Shown here piece after piece: positions 58,008 through 64,000 of a stretch of 64,000 nucleotides of DNA. A program made the translations under genes and the position numbers. Every line of letters starts with the position of its first letter. The first letter of the stretch is position 1. The notes beneath the pieces were generated by a model. It saw nothing but the letters and a program-made list of their open reading frames with translations, ran no database searches and was not told the origin of the DNA. Source of the stretch: an uncultured virus (IMG/VR IMGVR_UViG_3300032293_000679) (lineage: Duplodnaviria > Heunggongvirae > Uroviricota > Caudoviricetes); the IMG/VR virus record IMGVR_UViG_3300032293_000679; one strand, 5' to 3'.

Positions 58008-58477
58008 AAACACCAACAGAGTATTTGCGTGACTTCGTATCATGCACCCCGACATCAAGAGCAGCGTTTGCAGATGATGTAATCAGTCAAGTTAACGATG
58101 GTCATACCGATCCAATCGTTGTTCTGTCAGCTATCAGAAATCTAAAGGACATCTTGGAGATGATAGATGCAGGTATCAAGGATACTGTATTGTCTGAACT
58201 TGATAAGCATAGCGGTAAGCTTGAAGCCTACGGCATGAAGGTTGAAAGAAAAGAGGTAGGCACTAAGTATTTCTACGACAGAACCAATGACTCAATCTAC
58301 AGCGGTCTTAGTAACAGGCTCAAGCAGATGGAGACTGACTTAAAAGACAGAGAGAAGTGGTTAAAGTCTATACCTGCAACAGGTATTGATATTGTTACAG
58401 AAGATGGAGAGGTAATTAAAGTAATGCCACCACTCAAAACATCTACAACTTCATTCGCAGTAACCCTTAATAAATAA
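58004..58477 (+). CDS. Conserved hypothetical protein in recombination region
   Basis: 157 aa; KEVGTKY.Y, coiled coil and DGEVI..PP.K.S motif. Confidence 0.65.
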   Translation: MKTPTEYLRDFVSCTPTSRAAFADDVISQVNDGHTDPIVVLSAIRNLKDILEMIDAGIKDTVLSELDKHSGKLEAYGMKVERKEVGTKYFYDRTNDSIYSGLSNRLKQMETDLKDREKWLKSIPATGIDIVTEDGEVIKVMPPLKTSTTSFAVTLNK

Positions 58478-58481
58478 AACA

Positions 58482-58868
58482 ATGAGTAACTTTAAGATAG
58501 ACTTCTGGGAGCTTTGCTTTCTAGCTGAAGCTTGTATCCCACCAAGACCTATAGCAAGAACTATGTTTTGGCAGAATTTAACTAACCTGTACTACCACAA
58601 TATGACTGAAAACGAGAGGACTAAGCTGTTTGAATTTATGAATAGGAACTCTAAATACGAAGAGAGCTTAGAAGAACAGGGAGATACCCAAATATTTCAC
58701 GCAAGGTTTGACCCCGACAATCAGTACAGAGTAACAACTAACTTCCAAGATAAAGAAGAAGTTTACGAAGCTTTTCTTCGGAATGACAAGTACTGTACTA
58801 GTAGTAATTTTTGGATTTCATCAGATTATATCATTAAAGTAGAAAAGATAACTCCTAAGATTAATTAG
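58482..58868 (+). CDS. Hypothetical protein
   Basis: 128 aa; LAEACIPPRPIAR.MFW motif. Confidence 0.65.
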   Translation: MSNFKIDFWELCFLAEACIPPRPIARTMFWQNLTNLYYHNMTENERTKLFEFMNRNSKYEESLEEQGDTQIFHARFDPDNQYRVTTNFQDKEEVYEAFLRNDKYCTSSNFWISSDYIIKVEKITPKIN

Positions 58869-58896
58869 GAGTTATCAACAATAATCACTATATTTG
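58847..58896 (+). promoter_or_regulatory. Perfect 12-bp inverted repeat followed by TAnnTTTG promoter of the ERF operon
   Basis: GATAACTCCTAA-GATTAA-TTAGGAGTTATC at 58847-58876; TATATTTG at 58889-58896. Confidence 0.6.
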
Positions 58897-58916
58897 CATA
58901 CAAAGAAAGGAAACAT

Positions 58917-59534
58917 ATGAACAATTTAATTAAGGCAGTATTGTCTGTAATGGAGGATGTCAAAGGTATTGACAAAACCATGAATGTAGGAACTGGTAGC
59001 TCATCTTATAAGGGCGTATCAGACAAAGAAGTTAAAAAGATTATCGGGTCATCAATGAAGAAGCATGGCTTGGTATTATTTCCAACCGAGATTAACCCAA
59101 AGACTACTATTGAAAGATGGGAAGAGGTAGGTCAGTACGGTGCTAAGATGAAACAATCTGTCTTTACTGAGGTTACTACTAAGTATCTATTATGCCACGA
59201 GTCAGGAGAGTGTATTGAGCTATCAGGATACGGGAATGGCGTTGATAATCAGGACAAAAGTGCTGGGAAAGCGACCACATATGCCCTCAAATATGCGCTT
59301 TTATACACATTCTTAGTACCAACTGGCACAATTGATGATGCTGACAATACTCACTCTGATGAGGCAGCCGTACCAAGAAAGACTACAAAGGCATTGCCTG
59401 AGTTGACTGAAGAGTCTTATCAGAAAATGGTTGAGGCTATCAAGGGTGGACAAAAGTCTATTGTTGTTAGTGCCATGTCAAAGTACAAAATACCACAAAA
59501 CTATTTAGATGAATTAAACAAGCTACTTGCATGA
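58917..59534 (+). CDS. erf: ERF-family ssDNA annealing protein
   Basis: HESGE, DKSAGKATTYALKYALL...DDAD signature. Confidence 0.85.
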   Translation: MNNLIKAVLSVMEDVKGIDKTMNVGTGSSSYKGVSDKEVKKIIGSSMKKHGLVLFPTEINPKTTIERWEEVGQYGAKMKQSVFTEVTTKYLLCHESGECIELSGYGNGVDNQDKSAGKATTYALKYALLYTFLVPTGTIDDADNTHSDEAAVPRKTTKALPELTEESYQKMVEAIKGGQKSIVVSAMSKYKIPQNYLDELNKLLA

Positions 59535-59688
59535 GGTATAATTTATTCTACGAACTAAATGGCAAGAAGCATCATAAGGTAATAACAATAGAAAAGAAAG
59601 AAACGCAAAAAATAAAAAAGGATATTGCCAAGCTTGGCGGTATAAACATTAAATTAAAACCATTAACAAACGGAACGGAAGGAAACTT

Positions 59689-60102
59689 ATGACAGATTTC
59701 ATACCATCATTTTCATTTATAAACTTCTTAGCAAAGAAGTACAACTTCTCAGCAGCTGAGGAGTACATCTTATTCAAAGTTGAATACAAAGAGCCAGATG
59801 TAATTGCCAAGAAAGAGTTCTCTATTCTTGCGGCGGAGATGGCTGACACATTGAGAATCAACATTGATGACCTCTTTGTTAGGTGCAAGAAAAAAGAGCT
59901 TGTATATCCAAGACACCTGCTCAGGCATATAGCTTACGAGAATAGGGTAGGCTCACTACAACAGATAGCAAGGCTAACCAATTGCAGGGGTCACGATACT
60001 GTTATCCATTCAATTAAAATATCAAAGACTTTAATTGAAATAAATGACAGGGAGTACATGAGATATTATCAACCCTTAGCCCACTTGTTAGATGGAAAAT
60101 AA
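59689..60102 (+). CDS. DnaA C-terminal (domain IV)-like HTH protein
   Basis: RCKKKELVYPRHL...SLQQIARL...HDTVIHSIK. Confidence 0.75.
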   Translation: MTDFIPSFSFINFLAKKYNFSAAEEYILFKVEYKEPDVIAKKEFSILAAEMADTLRINIDDLFVRCKKKELVYPRHLLRHIAYENRVGSLQQIARLTNCRGHDTVIHSIKISKTLIEINDREYMRYYQPLAHLLDGK

Positions 60103-60460
60103 ACTATTATTACCTGCTGCTCTGATAAACTTCAGACCAAAGGTTGATGGCTCTTACTCATTGAACTTCGGTACATACATCTTGTCTGAAGAACAGAAGA
60201 TACAGATTATGCGTATGCATAACCACTCTGGTGTGCTACTATTCTCAGACAAAGAGACTCACTCTGCTGCCGACATAAACATGATAGATGCAATTGATGT
60301 TGATATGGGTAATACAAAGACCCCATCACAAAGATTAAGAAGCGTTATCTATCTGTACTACGAACAACAGAACAGTAAGGATGCTGTAACATTTAAAGAG
60401 TTTTACATCAATCAGATGGAGAGAATGATTAATTATTATAAAGATAAATTGGAGGATTAA
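60092..60460 (+). CDS. Conserved hypothetical protein
   Basis: KTPSQRLRSVIY...FY...ME motif. Confidence 0.7.
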   Translation: MENKLLLPAALINFRPKVDGSYSLNFGTYILSEEQKIQIMRMHNHSGVLLFSDKETHSAADINMIDAIDVDMGNTKTPSQRLRSVIYLYYEQQNSKDAVTFKEFYINQMERMINYYKDKLED

Positions 60461-60464
60461 ACAA

Positions 60465-60671
60465 ATGAAAGAAGGAAAATTAAAAATCAAAATCAAATCA
60501 AGAGACATTGAGTCTTCTGTAACTATTCACGAAGATGCTAACATCCATGAGCTGATGTCTGCAATTCACTCGCTAATCCTAGCTCAGGGATACACAGAGA
60601 AGACTATCCAAGCTGGGTATGAAACTATGTTAGACACAATGTATCCTAGCTATGTCAAGCCAGCATTCTAA
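60465..60671 (+). CDS. Hypothetical protein
   Basis: 68 aa in operon. Confidence 0.55.
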   Translation: MKEGKLKIKIKSRDIESSVTIHEDANIHELMSAIHSLILAQGYTEKTIQAGYETMLDTMYPSYVKPAF

Positions 60672-61002
60672 AGAGGTTAAGCTTAACATCAAACCTCTGT
60701 CAATCAATCAAGCGTATCAAGGTAGGAGGTTCAAAACTCCTGCCTACAACGCTTACACCAAGAAGGTGTTACTGATGTTGCCTAAGATTAAGATGCCAGA
60801 ACCACCATACGAAGTGTACTATGAGTTTGGCTTTAGCAGTAAGGCTTCCGATTGGGACAATCCAATTAAGCCTATACAAGACCTGCTCAGTACAAAGTAT
60901 AAGTTCAACGACAAGTTAATCTTCTGTGCCAATGTCAGAAAGATTATAGTTCCAAAAGGTAAAGAGTATATCAAATTTAAAATTAGTCACTATGAACAAT
61001 AA
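60652..61002 (+). CDS. RusA-like Holliday junction resolvase
   Basis: KPLSIN..Y, DWDNPIKPIQD and FND catalytic-type motifs. Confidence 0.8.
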   Translation: MSSQHSKEVKLNIKPLSINQAYQGRRFKTPAYNAYTKKVLLMLPKIKMPEPPYEVYYEFGFSSKASDWDNPIKPIQDLLSTKYKFNDKLIFCANVRKIIVPKGKEYIKFKISHYEQ

Positions 61003-61092
61003 AGAACACCACAACCATTGCGATGGCAAGAGCATGATAGTCTGTTTCTTTGCAGCTTTGATTTATTTATTCTTAACAACATGGGCAAGCAT

Positions 61093-61638
61093 ATGATTTA
61101 CACATACGATAAGAAAACATTAGAGCCTAAGAGTGCTGTCAGAAAGATAGCAATTCTAATCCTCAGCCTAACACTTGTTAGTTCCCTCCTGTTCTACAGA
61201 GAGGGCTACAAGAACGGCAAGAATGTATTGACCACTCTGACTCCAGAAGATAGAATCATCATACTTAACAACTATGATAAGTTTACTCCAGAAAAGTTTA
61301 AGGCTTATCTTGAAGAGTTAAATGTACCACACGCAGATATAGTCTATGCACAAGCATTGCTTGAGACTGGCAACTTCACTTCTCACATCTTTAAAACAAA
61401 CAATAACTTATTCGGTATGAAGGTTGCAACAATCAGACCTACCACCAACATAGGAGAAGAGAATGGTCATGCAGTGTTTAAACATTGGAGACAATCTGTT
61501 GTAGACTACGCCTTATATTCTTCTTGCTACCTAACTAAGATGACAAGACCTGAGTACTTTTCTTATCTCGGTAGTAGATATGCAGAGAATCCTAATTACA
61601 TTAACCTAATTAAAAAGATATTAAATGAAAAACAATAA
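61093..61638 (+). CDS. Membrane-anchored glucosaminidase (GH73-like) peptidoglycan hydrolase
   Basis: AQALLETG.F.S, NNLFGMK and YAENPNY motifs; N-terminal TM helix; start revised to MIYTYDKK by ATGA coupling. Confidence 0.8.
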   Translation: MIYTYDKKTLEPKSAVRKIAILILSLTLVSSLLFYREGYKNGKNVLTTLTPEDRIIILNNYDKFTPEKFKAYLEELNVPHADIVYAQALLETGNFTSHIFKTNNNLFGMKVATIRPTTNIGEENGHAVFKHWRQSVVDYALYSSCYLTKMTRPEYFSYLGSRYAENPNYINLIKKILNEKQ

Positions 61639-61703
61639 GGTCAAGGTTGTTATAATCTTGGTTATTATTATTTATTACGCAATACAATTTTATAAAATCA
61701 CAC

Positions 61704-62027
61704 ATGAATAAAGTATTAGAAATGAAAAACTGCAAAGAGACAGTTAAGACTTTGCTTGAGAAGTTCCCTAACCTTAGGGACAATGATGAGAAGCTATGTG
61801 CTAACTATTGGTACATTGAAGCTAACCTGCACTTCGTCACGCTGGATGCTAATGAGTTTCTGCGTATGTATGCAGATGGCAGAATTACTCACTCAGACAG
61901 CATTACAAGAATGAGAAGGAAGCTACAAGAGAAGCACCCAGAACTCAGAGGTAAGCTATGGGAAGAAAGGCATAAGAATGAAGAACCTGTTAAAAAGTTT
62001 TTGAAAGATGAGATGTCACAAGTGTAG
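61704..62027 (+). CDS. Conserved hypothetical protein
   Basis: LRDNDEKL..YW...SITRMRRKLQE.HP.LRG. Confidence 0.7.
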   Translation: MNKVLEMKNCKETVKTLLEKFPNLRDNDEKLCANYWYIEANLHFVTLDANEFLRMYADGRITHSDSITRMRRKLQEKHPELRGKLWEERHKNEEPVKKFLKDEMSQV

Positions 62028-62223
62028 AAGAAATCTTCCCTTATTTCTGTTTGCAAAGGACAACATGAAGTATAAGGTAGCCTTTTGGAGAGGCAGGATG
62101 TGCGTATGCAGGGTATGTTCATTTAAACAGTCTAAGCATAAAGTTGTTAGGCACATCAATGGTAAATTTGTTATTGTACAATTAAGTTTAACAGAACGAT
62201 TAAAAGAATTTTTCAGAAGATGA
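62008..62223 (+). CDS. Small zinc-finger protein
   Basis: CHKC...CRVC. Confidence 0.6.
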   Translation: MRCHKCRRNLPLFLFAKDNMKYKVAFWRGRMCVCRVCSFKQSKHKVVRHINGKFVIVQLSLTERLKEFFRR

Positions 62224-62368
62224 CAGAGATATTAGAGAAGCGTAAAGCTAAATTAAAAAGACTACGGTCTTATGCTATTGAGGACAATAACCTCACCAAG
62301 AAGTATCAGGCGGACAGGTTGATTGAAGAGCTATCAAAGAAACTTTATAAATTAGAAAGCTTTAAGAT

Positions 62369-62602
62369 ATGAACTCAAGAGACGCAGAAAAACAATTAAT
62401 CTACGACAGATACAAAGAAGAGAGCGATAAGCTGCTTCAATGTGTTGATGATTACAACAAGGCAAGAGCAAGACTCAATGAGCCAAATGCTACTCAAGGT
62501 GATTATGTTATCTACGGCTTAGCTAAAGACAGATGGGATAAACAATCTATCCTAATTGATGAGATTGGTAATGAGCTTGCTAAATACAAGCGAGATGTTT
62601 AA
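62369..62602 (+). CDS. Hypothetical helical protein
   Basis: 77 aa. Confidence 0.55.
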   Translation: MNSRDAEKQLIYDRYKEESDKLLQCVDDYNKARARLNEPNATQGDYVIYGLAKDRWDKQSILIDEIGNELAKYKRDV

Positions 62603-62612
62603 ATTTGCCTAT

Positions 62613-63062
62613 ATGAGAATGTTAATCGCACTTTTGTTTCTTGCATCTTGCAGTCCTGCTGCTAGGTTTGATAGACTTATCAAGAAGCACCCAGAACTAA
62701 TTAAGAGAATAGACACATCCGTCAAGGTAAATGTAACCGTGTATAGAGTTGATACCTTCTATGTAAAAGGAGATACCATAATCCAAGGGGTAAACCTTGA
62801 CTCTCTTACAGGAGTTTTTAGAGAGTTATACTCTGACTCACTCTACTCTATTTCAATGTCTATAGACTCATTAAAAAAGGTCAAGGCTAAAGTAGTGTTC
62901 AAGCCACGCATCTTAACCAAGTCTGATACAATCTATGTAGAAAAGACTGTAGTAGTTCCTGCAAAGATTGTTGAGGTTGAGAACAAGAAATGGCAGTACG
63001 CATTTTACATCACATGGATCGTCATTGCCTGTACAATTGCATTAAAGAAATTATGGAATTAA
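62613..63062 (+). CDS. Unimolecular spanin-like lipoprotein
   Basis: Lipoprotein signal MRMLIALLFLASC, beta-rich periplasmic part, C-terminal TM WQYAFYITWIVIACTIAL. Confidence 0.7.
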   Translation: MRMLIALLFLASCSPAARFDRLIKKHPELIKRIDTSVKVNVTVYRVDTFYVKGDTIIQGVNLDSLTGVFRELYSDSLYSISMSIDSLKKVKAKVVFKPRILTKSDTIYVEKTVVVPAKIVEVENKKWQYAFYITWIVIACTIALKKLWN

Positions 63063-63325
63063 TATTAACAACAGAAGAATGGAATGTTGTCTTGTTAGGA
63101 CTACAAGAACTTCCAGCAAAGCAAAGCTATGGTCTTATAGAAAAGATTATTAAAGAATATGAGCGTTCACAATCATCCTCCTTATCCCAAGCTTCCTCCG
63201 ATGACGGAAGAACAGAGGGAGGCTGTTAAGCAGCACAACAAAAGAAGGCTGGAGCTTGTAGCCGAAGTTCTCAAAGACTGGGAACGAAAGAAAGCTGAAA
63301 CAAAGGTTAGTAAGACTAAGAGGCG

Positions 63326-63547
63326 TTAATCCTCTTGGTCTTCAAAGACCTCATCATGAATCTGATTGATATAGAAATCAATCACCCTTAGACTCTTATT
63401 TAAGATTCTCCTTTTTCTTTCTTGCCCACTCTTAGTCATTGGGTCAAGCATCTCTACTGCTGCTATAGCGTTATAGCATTGAATAATTACATCAGACCTT
63501 GTGTCTGCCTCTTCATATTCAATTTCAAACTCTTCAGTTTCACTCAT
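63326..63547 (-). CDS. Hypothetical acidic helical protein
   Basis: 73 aa downstream of metallophosphoesterase. Confidence 0.6.
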   Translation of the reverse strand: MSETEEFEIEYEEADTRSDVIIQCYNAIAAVEMLDPMTKSGQERKRRILNKSLRVIDFYINQIHDEVFEDQED

Positions 63548-63551
63548 AAGA

Positions 63552-64000
63552 TTAAAGTTTAACTCTTTGTTCTATGTATTCCATTTTTAAGGCATCTCTA
63601 CCTTGTTCAAATGTCCTGTTCAAGCTAAAGGTAATATCGTAAAAAGATGTAGATGCTGGATCAAAACCTTTTCTAGCACTGAAATAATCAACGCCCTTAG
63701 ATTCTTTAGCCGTACCAAGTTGAATGTGTAATTGCTCCTTTACATTTATAATACCAGCAGGTGAGCAGTAAACTCTGTTAAGCGGAGCTAATAAGTTTCT
63801 GTGGATGTGACCAGAGATGAATATATCTGCATCAATTGTAGCTGCATTCCTTTTAACATTCAAAGCACCCAAACTCATTGCTGCATTTGAATCCTTACCA
63901 TGATTAAAGAATATAGTACAACTTGCACTTGAGTTGTTATCCTCAGTTCTTTTGCCTATCATAATAATATATCCTGCATACTCATTTGAGATTAAGACTT
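63552..64000 (-). CDS. Calcineurin-like metallophosphoesterase, C-terminal part (runs off window end)
   Basis: Frame open to base 64000; FNHG and ADIFISGHIH motifs complete the enzyme begun at 1-278. Confidence 0.85.
   Translation of the reverse strand, partial: VLISNEYAGYIIMIGKRTEDNNSSASCTIFFNHGKDSNAAMSLGALNVKRNAATIDADIFISGHIHRNLLAPLNRVYCSPAGIINVKEQLHIQLGTAKESKGVDYFSARKGFDPASTSFYDITFSLNRTFEQGRDALKMEYIEQRVKL

Noticed and set aside
1..64000. Alternative genetic code (stop-codon reassignment) as in some crAss-like phages
   Set aside because: Genes are intact and densely packed under the standard code; TAA, TAG and TGA all end genes, and no suppressor tRNA was seen.
1..64000. Prophage, integrase, diversity-generating retroelement or retron
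   Set aside because: No recombinase or reverse-transcriptase motifs, no host genes and no template/variable repeat pair were noticed.

Overview
The window is a nearly complete, circularly permuted genome of a tailed dsDNA phage of a Bacteroidota host. A metallophosphoesterase gene is split across the two ends, with a short stretch missing. The host call rests on about 20 TAnnTTTG promoter elements in front of genes, A-rich translation starts, and typical gene families. Bases 1-37.5 kb (minus strand) hold a podovirus/crAss-like virion block: terminase, portal, scaffold, major capsid, ring and muzzle tail proteins, fibres, giant ejection proteins with zincin and ParB-like modules, a ferritin, a double glycosyltransferase and a lysis cassette. 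Bases 38-41 kb encode a primase-helicase and an SSB. Bases 41-49.5 kb (minus) hold a cluster of Lys/Ser-rich basic proteins, MazG-like, RepL-like and Acb2/Tad1-like genes, and anticodon-less tRNA-like RNAs. Bases 49.5-50.3 kb are a non-coding strand switch rich in repeats. Bases 50.3-63.3 kb (plus) are early/middle genes: amidoligase plus GATase, DUF932, ERF, RusA-like, GH73 and a unimolecular spanin. I recognised no DNA polymerase, RNA polymerase or integrase. The main unexplained signals are a ~670-nt densely base-paired non-coding RNA ending in a tRNA-like T-arm (50.8-51.46 kb), tRNA mimics without anticodon arms (48.5-48.7 kb), a candidate -1 frameshift in an ejection gene, a terminator/antiterminator switch upstream of the primase, and a GTACTCA operator array that may be read by an antisense RHH gene. 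All family assignments come from motif recognition by eye, not database searches.
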